64,000 nucleotides of DNA from Azolla caroliniana. Lineage: Eukaryota > Plantae > Polypodiophyta. The position numbers were made by a program, and so were the translations under genes. Positions 52,301 to 62,900 of this stretch are shown here, in pieces (the first letter of the stretch is position 1; every line of letters begins with the position of its first letter). Where the stretch lies: assembly GCA_043228905.1 (NCBI GenBank), contig JBHGNT010000010.1, positions 7,626,001-7,690,000 of the forward strand, read 5' to 3'. The notes beneath the pieces were generated by a model. The model did no database searches, was not told where the DNA came from, and worked only from the letters and a program-made list of their open reading frames with translations.

Positions 52301-55041
52301 AGTTCCTCCTATGTTTGTCGTAATTCCCAGATTGCTTCTTTATCTGATTCCTCGTCGGTCTCGTCCGGTTGCAGTACGTACATTGATACTACTTCAGCTA
52401 CATCAATCTTGAACAAAGGTATGATCTTCAGATTTTCCTGTAAGTATTGATCAACCTCTTCGTCCGCCAATCCTTCCAGCATGTTGACACATTCCGCATA
52501 TAGCAGCGTTGACTCTTTGCCGGTAACGGATCGTGGTTGAGTCGGTACTCGTACTTTCGCTTTTCCACGCTGGAACGTAATTATATTTTTCCTCCAATTT
52601 TGCTTTATGTGTGTTATTTTTAACCAAGGGCATCCCAACAATAGTGGGTACGCTCCCTGAACCTGTAGCTGGAGAACTACTGCGGAAATGCGAAATGTGT
52701 GACCCCCGATGGTCACTTCTAGATCACGTACTAATCCGGTCGGCCGTACTGAGCTTGTGTCCGCCATCCGAAGCCAAAACGGGCACGGTTCCCAGTCCTA
52801 GATTCCTAGAGTGTTACACGTTCGGAGGCTAATCACGTTCACGCCGGATCCTCCATAGATAATCATGCCCGGTAGCTCATTTCCTTTCACGATGGTTGTG
52901 ATTGCCGGACTGCTCGTGTCCACCACTGCCGGTCCTTCCTCCGGATTCGAAAAGAATGCCGGAGTCGGTGGTGTATCGGCTGCCGTCCTTCTTGTCTTCA
53001 GTCCTTCCGTGAAGCGTGGTACCAGTTGCAATAGCCGGCCTAACGGCAGCGTTATTTGGCATTCTTGTAACGCTTGCCAGGTTGGTTTTTCGGGCTGCCC
53101 TGGGCCAGTGAGCTCTTCGGCATTCTCCTTTTGTTGTTCGAGCTCTGCCGCATTCCGCTCATTTGCCTTCTTCACCCATTCGGTTGCCTGCTTCCGGATG
53201 GCTTCTTGAGTTTCCCACTTCGTGGCTTTGCCTTTTGATCTTGTAGTGACTTGTTGTATGTCTGCAACTTCCGCGTCTATCATGTTCACCATTGGTCGCT
53301 TGTCGTAGCTCTTCGCCGGACATTGATTACTATAGTGGCCTTGTTGCCGGAAATAATAGCAATATGGCTTCCGGGTGTTGTTGGATTCGGCGTGTGTGCT
53401 TGGTGGAGGTCCTGTGGTGAGTGCTTGGTTTTGGTCCGGTTGGCTGCTTGGAGCGCCCTTTTTCGGTTCCCGTGGATGACCCCCCTTTTTGTTGAAATGA
53501 TGTTTCTTGAAATTCTTTTTGTTTCGGTAACCTTGACGGTGTTGGTCGTCATACTTGCCATAGTTGTCCCGTCGGTGGTTGTAACCAGGGGAGTGCTCCT
53601 GGTTGTATCTCTCGTACCGTCCATTATAGTCCCGGTATCTATCTTGTCTGTCATACCGGTCATCAATCTCTTCGATCGCTGTACCGAACATCTTGTGCCG
53701 GTCGGTAGCGTTCCTCTCGCCGCCAACGGTCTTCTTCTTCCTCCTGGTTGCTCCGTGGTTCAATTTGCCGGACCGGTGGTGCTTGCCAAATTAACAAGTT
53801 ATACTCACACCGTTCCATTGTGTGACTTCTGGAGTGGCAGAGCAAGCATTGGGAACGCATGGTGCATTCCAGCGCCGAATGTCCGGCATTCAGGCATGTC
53901 GTACATTGAACTGCTTGTCGGAAATGAAGGTCCTCTTCCGTTGGTAGTGCACGCTGAAGTGCGCCCATGGTTAGCCATGAACTTGAGGTTTCCATTTCCC
54001 GAACTCGGTCGATCACTTGATCTATGCTGTTGGTGCGGAAATCAATAACGGTGCACACCGTACGTAAGGGTTCCCGGAGGGCCGCTAAGAATATGGCCTT
54101 TGTTTCTTCCTTCGGTGGTGTTCGGTTGAGCTGACTATGGATCCGCTAGAACCGGATGACAAACTATTGAATGTTCTCCGTTGGTTCCTACCGAATACTG
54201 TAAAATAAGCCTACCATTTCCCGTTGGTCCATCTCCTTGTGGAAGAAATGCAAAAAATTTGTCTTTAATGTTTCAAACGTGGGGATGGTGTTGGGATCTT
54301 GTGTTCGGTGCCATCTCACGGCCGGTCCCTCCAAGGTCATGCCGAACTCTGCTCTTTTTGAGCGTTCCTCTTCGGCTGCATTTAAGCGTTGGGACACATG
54401 GTTCGCCTCCCAGGTCTGTTGAAACGCATGGACGTGGGCTTCCGCGTCCGGATCATCCCGGTATCTAGGATATTGAAACGGCATATCATCGTCTGGTGTC
54501 GATACACGGGCTGGTGGTGTCAATGGTCGTTCCTCCTCTTTTGGTGTCGGAGGCTTCTCCTCCTCGACTTCCGGTGTCAGAGGTCTCTCGTCCTCGACTT
54601 CTGGCTCCGGAGTGTGGTCGACTGCTGGTACCGGAGGTTCCAACCTTGTCAATGCTGGTTCCGGTGTTGGAAAGGTATCCGACTCCTCGTCCTCTGGTCC
54701 GCCTGGGGTTTCGTTACTGCTGCGGTACTTCGTCTGCACGTTGTATTCCCCGTCCGAACCCGATTCAAATGCCGAAAATGCTTGGATTCGCCTTCCCCAG
54801 CTGCCAATGCCTGGAGAAGTGATTCTGCTTCCCAGAGGCTGCTTAGGCTACTTCCTTCGTCCGGGCAGGTGTTTTGTGGTAACCGAAGTGATTCCTTGGC
54901 CACTCTCTGGATCACTTTGGAAAATGAGTGATCCACTCTGATTTCTTCTACCGCTTGCTGGAAAGCCTCTCGCTTCCTCAACCGTTCAGCAAGTCGCCTT
55001 GCTCGCTCCTTAACCGGGTGGTCGTTCGTTGGTCGCGTCAT
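49316..55041 (-). pseudogene. gag-pol: gag-pol of D
   Basis: gag 54188-54739 and 53663-54058 (two CCHC), 52798-53763 (third knuckle, PR), RT 51739-52173 and 50938-51726, IN 49905-50426 and 49316-49744. Confidence 0.92.
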
Positions 55042-55550
55042 CCATTCCCACAGATGTTCGCTACGATTGTGTAGGAATCGTGGTCGCCAAAAACTGTGTT
55101 AATCCTTAGGGCCAGACAATGGCCTAACACAGGGTGTCTCCGGAAGACACTTCACCAAAGGGGTGTTACGGCGAGATAACTTAAGACACAACAATTAATC
55201 CGACTTAATTGGCTACTTAGCAATAAGGCATTCACTTAATACACATGTAAGATATAACAATTAATATAGAACGGTAATCAATACGTGAAGATAAAACAAG
55301 AAGCTTATATTAATTCTCCGTTAAAGTTATACATTGTAATCGGGCCTTTATATAGGTCACCGGTGCTGCATACAAAACGGTGCCAACCGGCACCTGTTCA
55401 GAACTGGTCCGGATCCGAATTGGCATACCGATTATGGTCCGTCCGTTCACTACATAATTATAATCTACTTTACTTAATTAAAATATATTCCGAATAACCA
55501 TCCCTTTCACATTCTGGTCTCTACTCCTTTGTCGGTCGGGTAACACTTTT

Positions 55551-57120
55551 TCGGTAAATCTAGGGACCAACTTAAGTAATCCGGTCAGTGGTAATGACAC
55601 TTGGCAATCTGCCAAGAGCTTCCAAGCTTCCTCTTGTTCTGGTACAGGAATCACTCTTGGTAATTCATTAGCTTGATTAACTTCATTGTCTTGGAGCATC
55701 CGGTTTACATTATTTCTGTTTGCTTCCTCTACCCATTCCTTGGCTGCTTTCCGAACTGCTTCCTGAATCTCCCACTCGGATTGTTTACATTTGCTCCTAG
55801 TGGTTACTTGTTGTATCTCCGGTATAACCATATTAACCGCCGGTCCTTTCCCTTTAGCAGGACACTGATTAGCATAATGACCAGTTTGACGACAAATATA
55901 GCAAGTAGGAACAAATGTTCCACTTCCCTCGCCTTGCTCAAACTGACTAGTCCCATCATTTTGCATAAACTGTTGACCATCATTCGGCGATTGCTGAAAC
56001 TGTTGTGAGGCTTTTAGTTTGTAGAATTTTTTATTTTTATAATGGTTCTGCTTAAACCGTCCTCCATTTTGCTGTTGTTGGTTCATACTCGGTGGTACCG
56101 AGAATTATTGATTTTGTTGAAAATCTTAATTGTGCTAAAAATTACTTTGTTGGAAAGACTGATTATTTTGTTGAAAACCTGGATTCTGCTGGAATTTATT
56201 TTGCTGAAAGGTTTGATTGTTTTGAAAATTATTTTGTTGAGCTTGTGGAAAACTATTTTGTCGGTATCCATTATTGAACGAATTCTGTTTATTGTGGTAC
56301 CCATTTTCCGGAAAAAATTGCCTTACCGGAGCTGTCATTTTATTAAGCAAGTTATATTCACATTGCTCGACTGAATGAAGTTTAGAATGACATATTGTGC
56401 AATGTGTCCGCAGACTACACCCGATTGTCGAATGACCAGTATTTAAACAAGTAGTACATTGACTGCTGTCGAAATTGTAACTCCTCCATCGTTGGCAGTG
56501 TATGATTTAGTGCTGACATATCCATACTTCGTACATTTATCAGTTGTCGGCTCATAGCGATTGCCTTATCAATCACTTGCTCGATATTCTGATTCCGGAA
56601 ATCGAACACCTTCAGTGTTGTTCGTAATGGTTCCCGAATTGCTTCAAGGAATACATCCTTCAATTCATCGTCCGGAATAGGCCTAGAAATTTGCAGTTGC
56701 AAATTCTAAAAAACGGATCACGAATTGAGACACTATTTCCTGCTGCTCCGGATACAACGCATAAAATTGCGCTATCAAGTTTTTTTGAGGTATTTGATGA
56801 TGAAATAACTGCAGAAATTTGTTGTTCCAATGTTCGAATGTTTCAAACCCACGGAGACCATTTTGCGCAAACCAATTAGCGGAATAACCCTCTAATGACA
56901 AAACAAATTCAGCAATCTTCGACTTATCTTCGACTATCGCCGACAGTCTCTAAGCTCCATGGTTAATCTCCCATGTTGTCAGAAAATCCCGCACATGCGC
57001 TTCTACATCAGCTCCCTCACGGAACTTTGAGTATGGATAAGGCATATTGTCCTCACTCCAAATATCGTAAAATGATACCTCTTCCGGCTGATTTTCATAG
57101 GAAGACTGGTTATCAGTTAA
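55551..57120 (-). pseudogene. gag: gag of C, with Q/N-rich region
   Basis: ORFs 56683-56901, 56415-56702, 56135-56350, 55478-56086 (CYICRQTGHYANQC); frame resumes at 45806 after D. Confidence 0.85.
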
Positions 57121-58096
57121 ATCAGGAAGTACCGACCACTTCTACCTATTTCCTGTTGTAAGCCCTCAACCGATTCTGTCTCTATTGTCTTCATAACAGA
57201 ACGCGCACAAGGACGTTTACAACTGACTGGTCTATTTGAACCAGACGACATCCATTCATCTTGTTCTCTGCTATGTGTAGATGTAACCAAGCGTGCCAAA
57301 ATTATACTGTGTTGTTCGGTCGACAATTGTTATTTTGCCGACACAGTATAAGACGAACCTTTGTCTCGAACGTTCTATCAAGAAGTTGAGGTTAGATGAA
57401 TAGATACGAATTAGCTATAAACTTATCGGTGATAACAGACACCAAGATCGTGACTTATGTAATATAGCTTAGACAGAAATAAACAGATGACAAGAAGTAA
57501 TCCGTACACAGAGATTTCCTAAACAAACTTTATATTACTAAATACAACGATAGATTTTTACAATGCCTTCGGTTCCTTTTATAGGTAACCCGAAGGTCTT
57601 TTCTCATCAAGAAATCCTACCGCTTATACTTAACAAGAATTACTAGAACTTCATTACTAACTATGTCCTATTCGGCTATTTGCTGAGTCATCGATCCGAA
57701 CAGTCGATCTGACTCTGACTTCGACTTCGACTCTGAACATCTTTCCGATACCGACACATTCATACTTGTCCAGGTAACACTCACTTAAGTACAAGGTCCT
57801 ATTTAAGGTGTTATAGTCAACACTTCTAACTAGATTCTATCTAGGTAACTACGAAGTTACATGGTTGACTAACTAACTAAACTAAGTTGAGCTTAATCAA
57901 AATAAATTCTTAATACATCGTAGAATAAACGTACTTAAATCACATCAACCAGTTTTTGAATAAACATGTACAATAATACCACACACATATATTCCTTTAA
58001 CAAAACAATACAATACTAAGAAAGACAACCATACCAACAGGCTAATATAAAAGTCAAGTTTCAGGTTTTATCCACAAGTGCCTAACATCATTGGCA

Positions 58097-58470
58097 GAAG
58101 ATTATCATTCTATTAAGATCGAGAAATTGACAATAATAATCATGATGATGATGAAGACATAATCTTTTCAGCATAAATAAATCTTAAAGTTTCCATTTCA
58201 AAGGATAATCAATCAATATTAAACCTTAGAAAACAGTTCTGAAGACATACCGAGGGAAGGAGACGACATACCGAGGGAAGATTATCATTCTATTAAGATC
58301 TAGAACTTGACAATAATAATCATTATGATGATGAAGACATTATCTTTTCAGCATAAATAAATCTTCAAGTTTCCATTTCAAAGGATAATCAATAAATATT
58401 AAACCTTAAAAAACAGTTCTGAAATAACCAATGCTTGAAAAGCAATTCTGAAGACATACCGAGGGAAGGA
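58097..58470. repeat. 180-bp tandem duplication in the right subterminal region of S
   Basis: GAAGATTATCATTCTATTAAGATC block at 58097 and 58277. Confidence 0.9.
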
Positions 58471-58925
58471 GAAGACATAGCGATGAAAGGCGAAGATGGC
58501 TCAGATGTGTGACACAAAGAACGCTTGATCATTTCCACGTAGGTTTGATTTGTAGATAAGGAATGGCAAGACCCCAAATCTTGGGGACATTTGCGTGCTG
58601 TGAATACATGAGATGCAGAGAATGACAAATAGAGATGGGCTCGGTTGGAAGGAGGAAGGGGATGCGCCAAAATGGTGAGAAGCGCCACATTCAATTAATG
58701 TGGTGTGCTAAATAAAAAGTGAGGGGGAAATAGCCCCCAAATCAATCCTAACTCCTGAATACCTCACAACTATTTTCCCCCATTAAATGCAATGTGTACT
58801 ACCCCCACCCCACTCCCTAAAAAGATTATAAAAATTTTCGATTTTTTTAAAATATTTTTTATAATTACTTAGTACTAACAATACTAAAAGTTCTCGTGTT
58901 TTTCTTGGCCAAAAACAGTACTTTT

Positions 58926-58952
58926 TTGGTACACCGTAGCATTCTTCGACCC
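58926..58952. repeat. Right TIR of S
   Basis: Reverse complement GGGTCGAAGAATGCTACGGTGTACCAA, 25/27 match to the left TIR. Confidence 0.93.
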
Positions 58953-59929
58953 CAGTTCTATCGAGCATCCATACTAGCACCAAATGTACTCATATAGGAA
59001 CTTGGCCGTTGAGGCCGCGGTATTATCCCGGAGTGCCTTTGCTTCCATGCATCTGGTGCAGTAGTTTGTTGCTACAATGATATATCGGTTCCCGGTTCGC
59101 ATTGCCAGAGGTTTGAAAGGTCCGACGAAGTCCAATCCCCATTTTCAAAACAACTCCAGTGGTAACACCGGCTGGTTTGGCATCCTGGCTTGTTTTGTTG
59201 GTTGGCCCATCCATTGACATAAGTCGCATTCCTTTGCATACCGAATCGAGTCCTTCAGTGTTGTAGGCCACCACAATCTGCTTCGCCATATCTTCCTTGT
59301 CGTTGCGTCTCTGGCATAATGTCCTCCGGCAACTCCATAGTGAGCTTCCTGTAAATTGTCTCCTTTTCGTCACTCTGAACTGCTCTTCGCCATATACCAT
59401 CCGCTCCCTTGTGGTACAACGTATCCTGCAGTAAACAAAAATGTCAGTTTTGTACCGCCAACCTCTTCCGTTCATCCTGGTTCAGTTCGTCCGGGGGCAA
59501 TCCGGTACTTAAAAACTGATGCATATTCATCAGCCATTTGTCTTCCTCGGCAATCGTCCCATCCACCATATTCTTCGTTGTTACCCTAAACAGTTGCGCA
59601 TCCGGAAGGTCGTCTTTGACGCCGTCGCCTGCCTCTCCGGATTCTAACCGGCTCAAGTAATCTGCTATCGCATGTTGTACTCCCGGTCTGTGGTAAATCT
59701 CGAATTCGAACTCCTGTAGAAGTAGCTTCCATCGTGCTACTGTGCCGGTTAGCGATGCGTTGGAGCCCAACTACAGTAATGCCGAATGATCCACGTGGAA
59801 TGAGAATTTCCGTCCCAACAAGTAGAGACGATAGTTCATTACGTTGTATATCATTCCCAAGGCTTCCCTTTCCTTTGTTGAATAATTCCGTTCCGCCTGG
59901 GAGAGCTTCCGACTGGTGTAGTAAACCGG
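58953..59929 (-). pseudogene. H RNase H C-terminus and integrase N-terminus
   Basis: ARWKLLLQEFEFEIYHRPGVQHAIADYLSRL (59444-59770); homologous to 50130-51100. Confidence 0.88.
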
Positions 59930-62900
59930 TGTCGTGAAAAAAACCGTCCCCTAGCACAATCGGTGAATAGCGCACATGAACCGGCCCTTCACGTGTGCGC
60001 ACTCTTAATGTATATAATAGAGAATTAGGTACAGGGAGAGATCCGGGGTAGTTAGATTTGGTAGGTAGGAAGTAAATGAGGGAGACGGCTCCCTTCTTGA
60101 CGCTATAAAGGAGAGGGAGACGCAGGGAGAAAGGAAGCGCATAGAGGAGGACGAAGTGTTGTCGGACCGGAACTGAACGCTTCTCCTCTGTCTGTTGTCT
60201 GTTGCTCTTCTCTGCAGGTTTCGGGAGGCTCGCGCTGCTTCGAGGAACGCCCGTGTGCTTCCGGCAGCACCTCCATCCTATCCCCATTTCGTGCGCAGAC
60301 GAACAGGCATCGGCATCTGTTCGCCGGCCTGTTCGGTTGTAGCCGCTCGCGTGTTCTGCTGTGTACTTGTTATTCGTTAATATACAAACACTTGTGTCTC
60401 CCTGTCTCTGTGTCCATTCGCGTTTTCTGTGTTGACAGGCCACGCCCCTGTGTTTCTTGGCTCATCCGTGATCGGGCGTCTCTCTCCTTCTCTTTTCCCC
60501 TTCTATCACCTGCTCTTCGGTTCAAGACCCCGGTGGTCCCGCCTCGCTTCCTCATGCACGCGCGTAGTAACGCGACATATTTGGTGAACCCGACGTGAAA
60601 CAGGTGGCAAAGGAACAGAAGATGAGGGGGTCGGATCTTGCAGAGGCCATGGCTTAGGCCGTGGACCGGATAGTGAGTGCGCGCGAGGGCACCGGCGCCC
60701 TTGACAGGGCTATTGAGGCGATCGTTGGTACGATCGGCCGGTTCAGTGGAAAGGATGCCACGAGTTATTTGGCGTCCTACCGGGCGGAGATGTTGATGAG
60801 GGATATTCCGGAAGAGAGGCGTCTTGCCGGATTCCCTCGAGTGGCGATGCCGGGCATCCATGCGGAGGTGCTCGAGGTCCGGGCGGAGAGCCGGACCTGG
60901 GAAGAGTTCGAAGGACGGCTCCTGGAGAAATACGGGCTGGATGACGCGCTTCGACTTTCGAAGCGGAGCTTCATGGAGTGGGTGGAGTCCCCCAACAAAG
61001 GAAGAAATGCGTCGGTACTCCTCCGGGAGTTTGAGGAACGCTTTGCGCGCCTTTCGGCGCTCGATCGGACTGTTCTGGACACAAGTCGTGTCCTACTGTT
61101 TGTCAAATCGGTTGGCACACGGGATCGGGGGCAAGTTGGCTCCTTACTGGAAACCGAAGACGGGCTGACGACCGACTAGGCCGCGGTAAAGAGAGTCTGC
61201 AGCCGTTTTGACAAACGGTGGGAGTGGGCTGATACAGAGGCGACCGGAGAGGGACCTATCGCAGCAAGGAAGCTCGAACCGATACCGCAGGCACGAAGGG
61301 AAGAGACTCGGGAGTGGCTCGAAACCAGTTCGTCTTCGACCGGCGTGATCAGAGGCTCGTCCGGGGGAACAACTCTGGAGGAGTTGACACGAGCGGTAAA
61401 GGATCTCCAGATCGCCCAGGCTCAGAGGGAAGGCGGCGATCAGGCTCGTGACCGACGGCCTACGGCAGGAAGTAGGTGCATGTGGTGCAACGAGGTCGGC
61501 CACATCCGGAAAGACTGCGGGGACTTTATGGAGGCTTTGAGAAGCCGGGTAGTGTACCTGTGGGAGGGTCAGGTGCACGTTAGCGATACCCAGAGGACCC
61601 TGAACCGAAATGACGGGAGAGGAGGAATGAAAAGGCTGATTGAAGATGCGGCAGCCCGGCACGCGGAGATCGTCCACTACTCAGCGTCAGCCAGTATTCG
61701 GGTCGGGGGCAGCGGGGCCCGGAAGGAGAGCAAAGCCAAGTTCTGGCTGACGGTGCTGGAAGGCCTCGCTGGTGCCCGACTGAAGAGAGACGAGGCGGAC
61801 TGCGCGGAGAAACGGGTCCAGGAGGTAACCCGGTGGAGTGACCCGGTCGAAGAAAAGACGGGGTTCGTCGAAGCAGCTTGCCAGAACTACGAGGCTCTGG
61901 TTGAAGACAAACGGGTAGGTAAAAACGGAGGGACCGGACCCTCACAGAGATACGAAACCCGATTCGGGCCGAAACGAAACGAGGCCGGTGAGTCCAGTGC
62001 TCGGGATAACCACAAGAAGGGCGGATATCGGTTGGGCACGGAGATCGAAAGGACCATGGACCTACGAAAGGTCCTGGAAGAACGAATCCTCGACAGCAAG
62101 GTGGAACTGTCGTTGCGAGAGGTGCTCGGGATAGCCAAGAAGGAGTTCCACGACTCCATCGTGGACTTGGTGAAGAGGAAGAGGTTGTCGACGGAGGTAG
62201 AACCGGACAGGCCGGTGGAAGTGCGGACGACGCACATAGAGGACATGGCGCTGGAAGACGAATGGGCGGAGAGCCACTATTCGAGGCCACACTGGGCCCG
62301 AGCGACCACGGAAACCCCAGTGAAAATCGGAGATGTTCAGGAACCGGTGGTGGCACTGGTGGACCACGGTTCGGAAATAAACCTGATGTCCATGGACTTC
62401 TACAAAAAGGGGAAATGGCCGATCAACACTAAGCACGGGTGGAAGATATGGGCGGCGACGCGCGCCACCGAGGAACTACATGGGGCCTGCCCAAACGTGC
62501 GAGTCAAGATCGGCACGTCGAAATAGACCAGCACTTCTTTGTGCAGGAAACGTCCTCGCACCCGGTCATTCTAGGGGAACCGTACATTATGGCGGCGCGA
62601 ATGGAGACCAAGGTGTTGGACAACGGGTCGGCTTACGGGAGGGTCAAGAGCCAGGACGGGCATCATTCGGTCTAGTTCTTGACGGTACGACCCAACCACG
62701 AGCGAAACTGCGAGTCCCTCGGTGGCGAGAACCGAGAGGATTTTTAGAGAGGGCTGCCAAGGCGTGGGGCCGTGACAGTCCGGACACTCCGGGAAAACCC
62801 CACAAATGTACGATAAAAGCGAAACCAAAGAATCCTTGTACCATAAGTAGGAAGTTTTGTTTCTCCGACAACGGAGGGTGTACGATAGTCGGCGTCGTAG

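Larger units (their letters stand above)
45807..55545 (-). mobile_element. Ty3/Gypsy D (same family as H and C), full length, degenerate
   Basis: 449-bp LTRs 45807-46255 and 55097-55545; TSD CTTTT 45802-45806 and 55546-55550; minus-strand TATA in LTR; PBS-like TGGCGACCAC at ~55080-55089. Confidence 0.96.
38980..57779 (-). mobile_element. Ty3/Gypsy C (Athila/Tat-related, 3' accessory ORF); contains K and D
   Basis: LTRs 38980-39438 and 57310-57779; degenerate TSD TCCAC/CTCAC (CCCAC in uninterrupted Copia LTRs); RT VFAWS..FLDGFSGYNQ..FLDD. Confidence 0.93.
35077..57898 (-). mobile_element. Ty1/Copia B, non-autonomous (no RT/RH), same family as A; 5' LTR split by Gypsy C
   Basis: 3' LTR 35077-35521; PPT GAGGGGGCA adjacent; PBS 38633-38644; 5' LTR 38645-38979 + 57785-~57898 (last bases missing, no TSD). 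Confidence 0.92.
14982..58952 (-). mobile_element. TIR DNA transposon S, Sola2-like, inflated to 44 kb by nested retroelements (~7 kb of own sequence)
   Basis: 27-bp TIRs (25/27 identical) starting GGG; TSD CAGT at 14978-14981 and 58953-58956; removal restores H integrase; DDD-type transposase remnants at ~32200-35076. Confidence 0.88.
11179..59929 (-). mobile_element. Host Ty3/Gypsy H (non-chromoviral, Athila/Tat-related, same family as C and D), split by I, S and F
   Basis: LTR remnant 11179-11236; 3' extra ORF 11223-14072; integrase 14184-14981 rejoins 58953-59929 (..YGCSIEL|ISDEGGHFLG..) once S is removed. Confidence 0.85.

Noticed and set aside
58389-58983. Short ORFs near the right TIR as a first transposase exon
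   Set aside because: No motif or convincing splice connection could be established by eye.
59586-60443. 285-aa minus-strand ORF as a novel gene
   Set aside because: It spans the F LTR/H junction and is a chance fusion of antisense LTR with off-frame RNase H sequence.
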